64,000 nt of DNA from Vitrella brassicaformis CCMP3155. Its lineage: Eukaryota; Protista; Chromerida. A model generated the notes under the pieces. The model was not told the origin of the DNA and searched no databases. It saw only the letters and a list, made by a program, of their open reading frames with translations. Both the position numbers and the translations under genes were made by a program. Of this stretch, positions 1 to 12,446 are shown in pieces. Each line of letters begins with the position of its first letter. Positions within the stretch are counted from its first letter, which is position 1. The stretch is from NCBI GenBank assembly GCA_001179505.1, contig CDMY01000484.1:4078-68077 (forward strand). Direction: 5' to 3'.

Positions 1-1783
1 GTACAGCGTATGTTTGTATGATCTTCTTTGGGAGCGCGAACATTGACGCCAAGCGATCTAACGCCTTGCTATTGGCCTGCTGAAAGATCTGTGCACACGT
101 TGAAGCAGAGTGTTTACACATGAGTGCCTGCGTTCGTACGTGTATACCTCTCCCTGGTACTCGGCGTTATGTAGCACGACCATACAGGGCACTCTGCCGA
201 TGGGACGGCAGTAGAGAGGGGCTAAACCTGGACAGAAGCATTGATGTGTGGCGAAATAGACCTGTGCGATAGGCATGTGCGTGTGCATACGTGTGTACCG
301 CTGTGATAGTCTGGGCAATGAAAGATGTCACAGAGTTCGCTCTCAGGAGGCAGAGGGATCACATTGTCTTGATGTAGCTGTTGAGAAGGCAAATGTGAAT
401 GTGAAACAAGTAAACGTACACAACATACGACGATGTTAAGAGCAACTGACCTCCCTGTCTTTGTCCTTCCCGTCGCCTTTCACGTAGACCTGAGCACGTT
501 CACACAGTACTGGTCCCACACGTTCACACAGGATGGGTTGCGGCCACCTGCATGATTGCGCCCACACATTGGTTCCACATGGAGAAGAACGTCAGAGCCC
601 CGCGGGATGACAGACCATTAGGGTACACTGCACCCTTCCTGCATACATGCTATGTGCAGACCCTCACATGCGCATGACGCTGCGGGCCAATACGCACTTG
701 CACATGGCCGAGAAGATGGGGTGCTCGCATCGTAGATAAATAACGTGTGTGCCTGTGGGCACACATAGATCGCCCAGGCACAGCAGGCATCACGCTACTT
801 GTGCAAATACCGGGTGTACTGTGACTCTCGGCGAGGCTCTCTCTGCGACAAGACCGTATACATAGACACTCAGTGCGTACACACTCATGTACCTATCTGT
901 CGCGGGGTCGCTGCTGTTTGAGCTACCACGATGAGCATCCAGGTCCAGACCTGCATCAGACCAATACACGTGCAAACAAGCACCCTCCTCGTATGATGTA
1001 TAGAGATGTACCAGGTCGCACGCTGGCATCGCCAGTTGTGCACGTGTTTTCGTAGCGCCATATCTTTATCATGTACTGATTATCTGTATCCGTGCGTGGA
1101 TTCACAGAGAAGATGTGCATACGTTCGTACCCTCTACAGTGACTTTGACTGTCGGGCAGTATGGATCGAGTCGCCAGTCTGGGCCATATTCAACACCGCC
1201 GGCAGACGGGAAAACAAACACCATATCACCTGCAAATTGAGTCGTGCATGACTTGATACACTCACATATATATTATGTCTGTGTGCTCAGGGAGTTGCGT
1301 ACCAGGATGATGTCTGAGCATGATGCCGATGACCTTTCCGAGTCCACCGGCATTGACAGAGACGCCCTTGTCGGGGATTTGGTGTTCTGCGTATGTATGT
1401 GTGTGTGCCATGTGCATGTCTACGTATGCGTATGTGTTAATATGAGAATATGATACAGTGCATATGCTCTATACTGACCTATGCCGCTGATGAATATATT
1501 GTAGCGAGTGACTGGCGGCGGAAGCGAAGACGGACGAGCAGCTGACAGCATCCAGAAAACACCCAAAGATGTGAAATCCATAGAGATACGTAGGGTCTCT
1601 CGGTTCACATCTCTCGACAGGGCCGGACACGACAACGACGTTTGCCATTCTGCGGCAGTGGGCGACAAGCAAGACCACCATGGGGATCAGCAGGTGGAAA
1701 CAGAAGCTGCCAGTGAGAAAAATTCACATGTTGAAAATTTTCACATGCTGCCGTTCAGGCACACATGCAGATATATCAATCGC

Positions 1784-4700
1784 TCACAGCGTCATGACTC
1801 CTGTGTTGGACATGACGCTGGTCGACAAGTAGGCAGCAGACGTGTGCAGAATTACAGCCGACTCCTCGGGCACAGTCATGTCTGTGTAAACCCACATAGG
1901 TGTTAGTGAGGGTGGGCGTCTTTCCGTGTCGCACCTTTGATCCGTCCCTGCACGTCGACATAGACAAGCGCGTAGGCCTTTCCGCAGCCGCGGGAGCCCC
2001 AACGAGCTAGCGCCAGATTGCAGTACACTCCCTGTTCACAAGACAGATATATGCGTAGATATAATGTAGATACGTGATTATGCTGGTATGTGTGCGTACG
2101 CACTGGTGGAAGCTGGGTATCGAAGTTGTAGCGCATTGCCGCTTCCTGCCCGAAATTGACCACTAGCCACCTGAACACCATGTTCATACGTTCTCACGAA
2201 TACCCCGCATGTGTACTCTGGATGATAACGAACCCCTTGTTCCACGGCGGCTGGTCATTGCCGCGACCAAATGACAGAAGGTTCTGTGCGGACATGTATC
2301 CATGTAGAGGTATGTACTGATGGATACGTGTGTGCAAACCTTTTCAACGCCGGGCCTCCCGTGTTTCGGATGCAGAGGCATGTACTGGTTCACGTTGTGC
2401 AACGACACATGGTCCCTAAGCTCGGCACGCCAACCTACATGTGTGAAGACGGAGACGTACACGGCCATTGTCATATGTAGAGACACACAAAGAATGTAAG
2501 CATATACCTGCCATGTTCCCGATCATGGGTAGCTTGTGCTCGCAGTTGAAGTGAAGCCCATCGTCGTGAAAAGTAGGTGTCATGTCCCAGCCACGCAAAC
2601 GAGAACTAACACACAGTCCAGGCACGTGAATCAGCCATGTCTTAATGTGAAGCAAACCGTATGTCCTGCCACTTGAGTGGATTGCCCCCGGTGTCGATTT
2701 CATCATAATCCATGCAGGTGACCCTCTGTGTACCGCCCACATCAGTCCTGTAGACACATACAATACAAATGCTCAGCACCACATTTGTATTCGATGCGCA
2801 CCTGGGTGGTCCGACCCAGCCATGCGTCTCTTCTATGCGCCCATCTGGTAGGCGAATATATTGGCGGGACCACTCGTAGGAAGACAGCACTCTGTGTTCG
2901 AAGGCATGTACACCCCGTGTATGTGAAGTGGATTCTCCGTGTACGTCAGTGTGCGCACCGTGGTGTGCCGTAGGGCATAGCAAGAGTGAAGACATTAGCG
3001 AGGGCCCACAGATTGGGGTGATTGTAGCTTGTAAGCGCGTCAAGCTGAGCGTATGTACTTGACCTGTCTGCATCCACTCTCCGTGTACAAGCATCGGTAC
3101 ACCCACCTCACATGCGTCCAGAAGCGTGATATTTTCATGCTTTTTCCGCTGAATTTGCGAATCGCCGAAATCTGCGTATGCACGAATACATGTCAGGGCA
3201 CGCGTACACGTGTATATTTGCATGGCTGAGCCGATACACCTGTGTCAGCTGATTCTCTGAGTGTCATTTTCGACAGCCTAGTTGATGAAAGGTCAGAGAA
3301 AGCGATGCCTGAACGTGCATAGCTGAGAACGCACGCGTTTGAGACTCATGTGCGTGTCTACCCAGGTGTATTCGGCTGGATATTTCTGGACTGGCACTGG
3401 CCTTGCCTAGCCGAAGCTGCACGCATACACATACCCGTAATTCTGCATACGTGTGCATATTGTGTGGCTTCACCATACGTACGGATCACGCAATATGCCA
3501 TACCTCGGCGTTCGGCAACTTGCACGCGATTGGTGGCCTATGCATGAACTGGAGTCTCTCGTTGTCATGGTTTGTCACGAAAAGCAAAGCACTGTCGTAC
3601 GCCAGGAAGTTCGCACGACCTGCATCGCTCACGTCGAGGGCATGAATGGAATGAATACAGGAGAATGATCGTATGTCTGTGTGGGCGTATGCGCACGGAC
3701 CGGAGAAAGGGAGCATGGCTGGCGGCGACAAGTACTGTGGCAGATACTTCAGTGGTGGGCACTCCGACGGATGCTGGCCCTGTGTGTAGCGTCGTCGTAC
3801 AAATATTATTAACAGAGGTTCAGTGTGTATATGGGTGTGTATGCAAACCTGTGCCAACCGGGTCCTATGACACAGTGTCAGCCCCGTAATGCGCTCACTC
3901 CAGTCGAAGAAGGTCACTTGACCCAGACGCGAATAGTCAGTATAACGGAGACCGGCCTAATGTATACGGTCACAGACAAATGAGGACGCCTCACACATGT
4001 GTGCGCACCTTCGGCCGTGGATCTGACACTTCTAGCAGCAGCCTTGGTCGCGCCTTGTCGGTGCATGGGGGAAATGACACCCCAGCCGAGGTACGTGCCA
4101 CAATGTCGGCTGTCGTGCATGTGCCAGTGGAACGGATCCCTACATGTTTTTACGTCTTTGAATGGGCATACCTCTGACCACTGGTGCTTTTAGTGTGCAG
4201 TCATTGAGACCGAAGAGCTCTTCCAAATCTTCATCCCACATGTGCTTGGCTGAAACACAGTCAGACGCAGACGTGCGTTTGCAAAATATATACACACACG
4301 TACGGACCTGCGTCAACACGGAAGCCGCTGATACCGAGCTCAAGCAGTTCTCGAATGACCCTGCGTTGCAGCGATCGCACCTGCACGCAAGATCTGAAAT
4401 TGTGACGTGCTAAATGTACACACATGCGTCAGTGTACATTGGGAGAGGCGGTCTTCAGGTCCGGAAGCCCCAACAGGCTGACACAGCATCGCACCAGAAA
4501 CGTTGTGTCCTCGCATCCAATTGCGCGCGTGCAACAATTGCCTGCAGTCTTTGATCTTGACGGGATCGATGTCACTCGGAGGAATGTAGTCCATGCTGTG
4601 TGTTTACAGACGTGCACACACAGCTGTGTGCGCGCGCAGCCATACACACGTATGTCATGCAGCAAAATACGAACCTGCAGTCATGAAAGTCGTTTCCGGT

Positions 4701-5434
4701 CAGATTGAGGTCAGGATAAGACAGCAAAGGGGAGCATGTCCGGGCCTGTACACACACGGCAGAATACATGTGAAAAATACGCATCTGCATATGCCCGCGC
4801 CTTCGGATCGTATATCTTCTGTTCCGGCCTGCATGGGACAATCCGGAAATGATCGGCAGCATCCGTATCGCAACATTGAAACGCTGCCAGGTTGTTCAGC
4901 ACAACGTCAGCTATTATCTGCAAGTATACACAAGTGTACGTACACTTGTACGCAGCCACATGTATGTGTACCTGAATGCCCACATCAGCGCACTTCTCTA
5001 CAGCCCTTCTGAGCGCCTCCACATCGCCACTCCGGGACGTGAGATTGTAAGATATTGGCTGGTACCTTTCCCACCTACAGACATGCAAGAAACAAGAACA
5101 CACACGTACCATGCATAAGTCTGACAACTACATCAGATACCATGGGTAGCTGATGGTCTCGCCAGTGGCCGACGCGATTCCCTCGAGAGGCGGCAACGAG
5201 CGATGACTGTGCACCGGAGACACCTGAACAGGTAATAGTGGGACACGTCTTCGAAGAGAAGACTATTACCTGGACGGCCTTCCACCCATCTGTGGCAAGC
5301 CCAGGGCACTCGGTGGCTATGTCGTCATAGGGCCACTCAAACAGTTGCAGCACAGCCCCTTCCCAGTAACAAAAGACAGGAAAGACACATACGTGAAACA
5401 GCACCAATTGTAAGAGCAGCAACAGGGCCTCCAT
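1784..5434 (-). CDS. Multi-exon GH13 alpha-amylase, animal/actinomycete type, with signal peptide; further 3' exons (possible TM helix) may extend below 1784
   Basis: Successive minus-strand exons match the human/insect amylase motif order: MEALLLLLQLVLF signal; AVLQLFEWPYDDIATECPGLATDGWKAVQV; WERYQPISYNLTSRSGD; IIADVVLNNL; LLLEV; ALLFVTNHDNER; RVLSSYEW...GWVGPP; NCEHKLPMIGNM; TQLPPGVYCN. Exons are joined by short GT-AG introns. Exon boundaries are approximate. Confidence 0.85.
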
Positions 5435-5544
5435 GTTCTTCTTAGACGAACCCGTATGGAAAAAACAGGGAATCGGGAAAAGACGGTTTATTTCCATTTA
5501 TTTCTGATGTTCTCAGCTGCATCTTTCCTCTCGACTCAAACGAA

Positions 5545-5980
5545 GTCTTGTCATTTGCATGGTCTCTCTGCCTGAAGTAGCCCATCACGTGTCGTTGCCC
5601 GCCATGTCTTTTCTTTTGCGTGTGCATGGTTACGCGTGTGGTTATACTTCGGCGTGCCTCTATGCATTGAGACCAGACTCTTGTCATTCATGCATCGATG
5701 CTGCCTCCTGTCCGTGTGTGGGACCCTTCTTGCCTCTCTCTGTCTTGCTTGCTTCCCCTGCCTTCCCCCTGCCTTCCCCCTGCCTTTCATGTCCTCGTGC
5801 TCGAGTGCTTGGTGGTAGGGGTGAAGCGGCTGGTGATGTCTTGTCATTGGTGTGGTCTCTTCTGTGCGGTAGCCTATCACGTGTGGTCGCTGCGCCACCA
5901 TGCCCTTTCTTTTGTGTGTGTATGCATAATGCCACGCGTGTGGTTAGACTTCGGCGTGCCTCTCTGTTGCGACCATACTC
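5545..5980. repeat. Diverged direct duplication, period ~293 bp
   Basis: GTCTTGTCATT occurs at 5545 and 5838. The blocks TAGCC.ATCACGTGT, CACGCGTGTGGTTA and ACTTCGGCGTGCCTCT recur in the same order in both copies. Confidence 0.7.
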
Positions 5981-7479
5981 ATGCCATTTCAGCCAGTGCC
6001 GCATGTCTGTCTGTGTCTTTATCACCGCGGCGGGGCTCCCTACTCTAGCTGCTGTCAGTGAGGCTTGGCGGGTCATGACGCCGACGCGGGGGACGCCCCG
6101 CTAGGCGTCATGATGCATGCATGGCGCCAAGCCTTGACACTGCCTTCTGTCTTCCTCTGCCAGCCCAGCCAGGACTCCCTCTGCATGTGACTGCCACTGC
6201 CTATCGACTTAGATCACACCGTGCTGCCCACTGATCCACTACTATACATGCTGGCCGCTAACTCTGTGGAGTGTGTCACGAAGGGAACGATATAATGGAC
6301 AACATGCAAAGATATGAGACTCAGTGCTGTGTGAAGGGATGGAGCGCACCTTAGGTATCGTCTATCATATGTTGCAGGGCCTCATGGCCTGACTGGCTGT
6401 TTCCTTCTCTCTCCCTTTGCTATCTTCCTGGCTTCCTTGCAGATGGGTCCCGTGTGTATATGGTGGTGTACTCATGTGATTGGCTGCTTGTTGCTTTGGT
6501 GGCTCAGAGGGCGCTCATTTTTCTACTTCCCCCTTCTGGCTTCGGTACACTTGCCATGGCTCTTGCTGGGCGACAGCGCTCGTTCTTGTGTATGTAGCCG
6601 GAATCGGTGTTTGTCAACGCTCTATAAGGCAGCCAGTGCTCTCTGTTGCCATCTGCTTGTCCGCCGGTGCTAGTGTAGGGAGGGGTAGACAGGCCGTGTG
6701 CATGCTTTGCATGTACATGCTGCTAGTTTAGTGCGTGAGACGACAGGATCCCTCCGGGGTTACAGACACGAGTCTCGTTAAACACAATAACCAACCAACC
6801 AAACGTGAAGCACGAAGACTTTTTGACGCATTGCGTGTCTGTAGTAGTGCAAGCAACACGATCGGGGTCTTTGCATCAGTGTCGGTAGCTCCTGAGGAGG
6901 TATTTGCTTGCTTTCACTCTGACGGTTGCCAACTCTATTGACATTGCTAAGGTGATTCACAATTGGTGATTAATCAATTGAATCACTTGGATCACTTATG
7001 GATGAATCATATAAACAATTCTATAATGTGAATCGGACGAAGGTCGATGATGAAGGGCGACACAAAGTGTCTGGCCGGCTGGGAGGTCGGCTGGAGGTCA
7101 CTTTCTTCTGGAGGAGGTATGCCAGAAGTTCACAAATGGGGGGAGCGGTATGCAGGTATACCGAGTCAGGATTTGCCACAGGAACTGAACAAGGGGCCGA
7201 AGGGAACAAGTGCATTCACGGAGTCTCATCCCCTCACGAGTGAATGCAATAAGGTTCAGAGACAAACAGATATCCCTGTACCCTTATTCTCAGCAGCTTC
7301 CCATATACACAAGTAGACGCAGAATGAGAGATTACAGACCAAGACAGGGCCACAGACAGCCACTAAGATATCTAATGGAGTGCAGGTACAGGTGGAAAAA
7401 AGTATGTACAGGTACAAAACAGATAAGACACAACACTCGACAGATACAAGACTTGTCCACATGTCTGCCTACACACGGG

Positions 7480-10400
7480 TCACTCACTAATTGCAAATTG
7501 CTTCTGCGCTCGGCAGAAGCTCCTACATCTTGCTAACGCCACACAAGTGCTCGTGCCCGCATGTTCCTCCATGATCCTTCTTCTCGGCGGCTTCGTATTC
7601 TTCTTGACCTCCGTAATTTCCCGCTTTGGATCGACGGCCCACACGTCAGGTGATGCGCCAGCCACGTGGAGAATGAAGACGCCCTCCCCTTCAGAGGCAA
7701 AAGAAGGTGCGATTGCACGCTCCTTCCTCTTGCCCATCGCACGCATCCGTCGACCTGGCAAGATGTCAACGTAAAAGTTCTCGTTCCGCTTCAGATCAAA
7801 CTCGCGTCGTTGAATCCGGTTAAGCCCAGGCGGGTAAGCCATCCCAGCATCTCCCGTGGCGACGTCAAGGTAGGGCGGTGTGCCCCATAGTTGCTCCTCT
7901 TCTCCATCGTCATCGTCACTTGCCATGATGCCTCCGCTACTTCGGCTTTCTGCTGCTGCATTTACTCGTTTCGTCACCGCTTCCCTCTCCTCCCTTATCT
8001 TCTCCACCTGTGCTTTCGTTGTGTCCTGGACCAAAACGTCTTCCTTCGGCAGGCAGTCGCAGTGCACCGGTCGAGGGGTCGAGGGAGGGATCACACGATC
8101 CTTCCTGAGTGTCTGGAGCTGCGCGTTGGGCAGGATGGCAAAATGGGACGAAACACTTCTGTCGAGGTATTCAAGACACTCGGAGCCGTTACAAAGCCTG
8201 CCGCAAGGCCTGAAGTCCTCTCTGCACCGTTTTTGGTCTTCTCTCGGAAGCGACTGGTAGTTGAGATATACCTGCTCGCCGTTCTGAAAGACAAGAAGCA
8301 TTTTACAGAGCTGTTGGATGTCTGTTGAGGTCCGAATGCACGTACCAGGCCGTGTCGCGGTGGCGGCATGACCTTCATAAGATCGATGACAGACTGGAGA
8401 AAATTGCGGGAGAAAGCTGACTGTCGCCACATCATCACACTGCAGGCACGTAGCGAGCAAAGAGGGTGGACATGTCGCCCACTCTTCCAGCTTACCCTGA
8501 ATTGAAGAACCATGCAGTGACGTCTGACGTTAGGATGGCATCTTTGTCCGGATTTTCAGCTATGAAGTCCTCCAATCGCTTCTCACAGTCCATGAAGAGC
8601 GTATCCTGAATTGGCAACGCCGTGTGGAAGGGCAGTGAGCAGCCCGCCTGCTTACCGCATCTTTCCACACAACCCACTCGAGGTCCATGTCTGGATCGGT
8701 GAGCAAGTTAAAAATGGCCTCCAGCTTGGCACGATACGCACCCCCTGAGGCAGTCACCGTACAGATGTGATCGTGGCTCATTCGTTCTGTGTCTTGCGTG
8801 TGCCCACGGTTGCCGAGCTGTGGAGCGCTGACATCCAAGGTAATACTCTCATAACCATGGAGTGCCGCGTACCTGTGGGGCATTGTTTGAGGGGGCTTCC
8901 ACCTGATCCGTGCTTGCATCGAACTTACATTCGTTGGTTCTCGAAAGCAATTTCGAGATAGTCAGGCCTGGAGTAGTCTGGTGTCGAACGAAAGGCACCC
9001 GTTACAATGGCTATTTTCGACGGTTTCGTTGCTCTTGACGCTTTGCCGCTCGCAGGCGCCGAATCACCGGCTATGTCGACAGATGGGGAGCAAATCCATT
9101 CTCCATTGTTACGGATCCCCTCCTTACTATCATTGAGCTGTGCGATGCCGCCGGCCGCCGTTGGCTTCGGTATGATCGCTCGAATGGATGAGGGCTTCGG
9201 CACGGGAAACTGATCTTGCGGCAGCAGGCTTGCCAGCATCGTCAAGCAGGCGTCTGGACGTCGTTCTGGCCTCCTTGGAGATATTTCATGCGAAGAGGGG
9301 GACGACGAAAGGCTCAACGTGGACAGGACAATCGAAGCGTCTTCGTGCGAGACATAGACTCCTGCTAGGTACGGGCATGTCCGTCGTACGGGCCTGTCCG
9401 TCTCGTCGTAACTGCATGCTGAATGCTAGTGGCGGTGCTGCGTACCTGTCTGGTTGTCGCTCGCCAAACGTGCAATCACCCAATTTAGCGCAACATCCTC
9501 GCAATCCATCTCACGACTTATCACGTCAAGCAGAGCCCTGTGGCACCACATGCAGCATAGCAGAAGGAGCCGGATGGAACGGAAACGTGTTCGCGTGGCT
9601 GTGATGCATACCTCGGCAAGACGCGTGAGAAGGCCATGAGCAATGAGGTGGGCACCATAGCAAGCCCAGGAAGCAGCAAAGAGGCCCTCTCAGAGGCCAC
9701 CTCATAGCTGTAGGCAAGCCCCGTTTACTGTTTTGATTGTCTTGTTTTATCCTTACCTGTACGTCGGAACGTCGGCACCGTCACACTCTATCATGGATCC
9801 TCCCAGTCCTTCGAAAGACACCAGTTTGTCAGGGAAACGGATCGCGGCAGAGACTAGGTACCGCACGAGAGCTGGAAGCATCAAAATAAAGGAAGAATGA
9901 GGGGTAAATGGTCATGTATAGCTTCCTTACGGCAATCAATGGTTCGGTCGTCGTCGAGAAGCAAAACAAGGGGTGTCCTGACGGCCGCCTTTGAAAAGGA
10001 CCACCGCTCTGCTGTGCGTCGCCTTCCGAGTAGCAGACGCAGCTTTCTCGGCGAGGAAATGGGGAGTGATGCTAAGTCGACGGCTACTCTCCTCCCTTTC
10101 GGATCTCCATCTGACTGCCAGTCGATCAGGACTTCCTTGACCTCTGGACATGACTGCGCACTAGGGAGCGATCGTCTCAACCATGGGCCGGCACTTTCAG
10201 GCGTCGACGTGAGCAGAATGGTTACAATATCCTGTGCGTACGGAGGAAATCTGATCAGAGGGATGTGAAAATGCTGGCATATTCACACCTTGGACACAGT
10301 ATCCGGAAGGGTTCTGTTCAAAATAACCAACTCAACAGAAGCTTCGTGACCTGGCTCGTCTTTGACATACTCCACCAGACATTCTCCTGGTTCCCATTCT

Positions 10401-10726
10401 TCGAGAGGGGGGATGTCCTGCACATGCTTGAACGTCTCCTCATTTTCATCTGTGTCTCCTTCATCCCCTTCTTCGTCCTCTTCCGGCTCCTCTCCGAAGA
10501 GCGACGACAGTAAGCCTCCCACGCCTCCCAGGAGATCACTGTCAACGCCAGACACATGAAGAGAAGGCTCCGCCGAAGGGTGCCGGTGTCCACCAAGCCG
10601 ACGAGGTATCAAGCCAGGTGTCACAATACCATGAAGCGCGAGGCCAATGAGCACCAGACCTATCGCCAACGTACTTAGCGACCCCACCACCCTGTGAGGA
10701 AAGCTTCTGCTCTGATTCTCCCTCAT
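7480..10726 (-). CDS. Type II membrane bifunctional glycosyltransferase: GT64 (EXT/EXTL-like) domain fused to a GT34 (GMA12/MNN10-like) domain; multi-exon
   Basis: N-terminal TM (LSTLAIGLVLIGLALHGIV) and acidic stem. GT64 motifs: DIVTILLTS, VKEVLIDW, TPLVLLLDDD, RFPDKLVSF, MDCEDVALNWVIA, DACLTML. GT34 motifs: ENQRM|YAALHGYE, AKLEAIFNLL, EWVVWKDA|DTLFMD, DVTAWFFNSG|VMMWRQSAFSRNFL, NGEQVYL, EGVFILHVAG. In-frame GT-AG introns of ~50-60 nt were found at the apparent stops I checked. Confidence 0.75.
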
Positions 10727-12446
10727 CCAGTTGGTTTTCTGCTCGCCCTATCACTGAGCAGAAAAACGCCAGTCGGAGCGACTGCCCTTGTCAACGACTG
10801 TCTCACGATAGACACAAACAAACGAATGGACGAACGACCGAACGGCGAACGATGAACGAACGCACGAACACACGAACACACTTGACACACCTAGCTGCTG
10901 CTCACAACTGGTCTGAATCTGCCGGTGCCGATGATGGGAATCAAGGACGAAACAACGAAAAACGAACGAAACAACTGCTGCACACGGGATGCCGGCAATC
11001 GGCGATGAGGTCAGGATGATTCCCCCGTGGGCCGTCTTGTGGCGGAGATGACGAGACACGGATCACCTCAGCCGCGGGATGTCCGAACGGACGCTGCAGC
11101 AGCCACGATAGAGGGCGGGAGAAGATGGAAGGTGCCTCTATATGCCGTGTTCTTGAACGCTTTGGCTGTCCAGATCGCCGATGGCACGAAGATGATCAGC
11201 ACGAAGGGTCATCCGCACGAATCATGGCACGCTGCGTGAGATCACGCAGCGCCCTCTCTTCTGACGACTCGCAGCATTCACGGCACAACCGGCCACATGC
11301 AGGGTCTCAAGAAGGCACACAAACGCGTGATCTCACAAGGCACGAAACTCCAACGAATACTCAGACAGGATACACAGAAGAGGGGGGCGCTACCCTGGGC
11401 TACTTGACCGAACGACGCCGAAAAGCTTTTAACGCCCCCTACATGCATTCTAGCTCGCAGCTCCCGCTTATCTACGCCACAGTCTTGTGTAGGGTTCGTG
11501 GGGTTTGTCTGCGGCGATCTTCTACGGCGATACTGTAGCGGTGCGGCTGTGATGGCCAAAGACCCCATGATAAGCCAACAGCACACCACATACAGTGCGT
11601 GTCTGTCTGATCCGATCTGAGTGTCCTCTCGATGCATCGATGTGTCCATCCGAGCATCTGTAGCCAGTCAGGGTGTCTAGTGGTAGAATTTGGGTGTGTT
11701 CGAGCCCCAGCGGGGTCAGCTGAGGAACGCATGCGCTCGTGTGGCCAGCCAGGGTTGCCAAGCCTGGCCTATCGGCCTGTGTGTGTCCGTATGGGTGTTG
11801 TATGCATGATGACATACACTGTGCATGGATCCATGCAAGGAGCAATCAATGAAGGGCTGCGCCTTCAGATACACACGTATATGGACACAAGTCTGTCGTC
11901 CACACCATGTATCCCATCCGTCAGTAGTCGCAACACGCGCACCACCATCGATGACCAATCTAGCCATCAGCAGATGGACGATAAGGGAAGAGAGAACCCA
12001 CTCGCCCACGGCGCAGTCGGGTCAGGAATGCACACGACGACGCAGTTCGTTTCATGAGAGACCGACAGACTCTGCCTGCCGTTGCGCTATGAGTTAACGT
12101 ATGTCACACATGCACACGGCGAACATGTGCCCACGGCACCATGAAACGCCAGATCTCCGTCGCCATCGTGTGCACCAGGCACCACGATGCTCAGATCCGC
12201 CATCCCGGCATGTGCTCCACGCACCATGATCAAGACCTCCTCCAGAACGCCTCACAAACGTGGCAGGGACTCATAGATCTGACGGAGAAAGCACTCCGTG
12301 CTGTCGGCTGACCTCTCATGGCCCTCCAGCGCCCTCTCCCTCATCGACGACTAGCCTGCACACCACACAAACACGACCCGCACACAGCCATCGAAGGAGG
12401 AAGTACATCTCTCCAACGCTGACCGACCACCTCAGCCAGGGAACTA

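Noticed and set aside
1850-1940. Apparent frameshift in the amylase C domain
   Set aside because: Resolved by a canonical intron with a CACTAAC branch point and CAG acceptor.
6073-6113. 10-bp stem hairpin TCATGACGCC...GGCGTCATGA
   Set aside because: Short and GC-rich, could arise by chance, and no TSD or partner was found.
7480-8919. Degenerate MULE/KDZ transposase suggested by Cys/His-rich fragments
   Set aside because: The fragments splice cleanly into a GT34 domain with all expected motifs.
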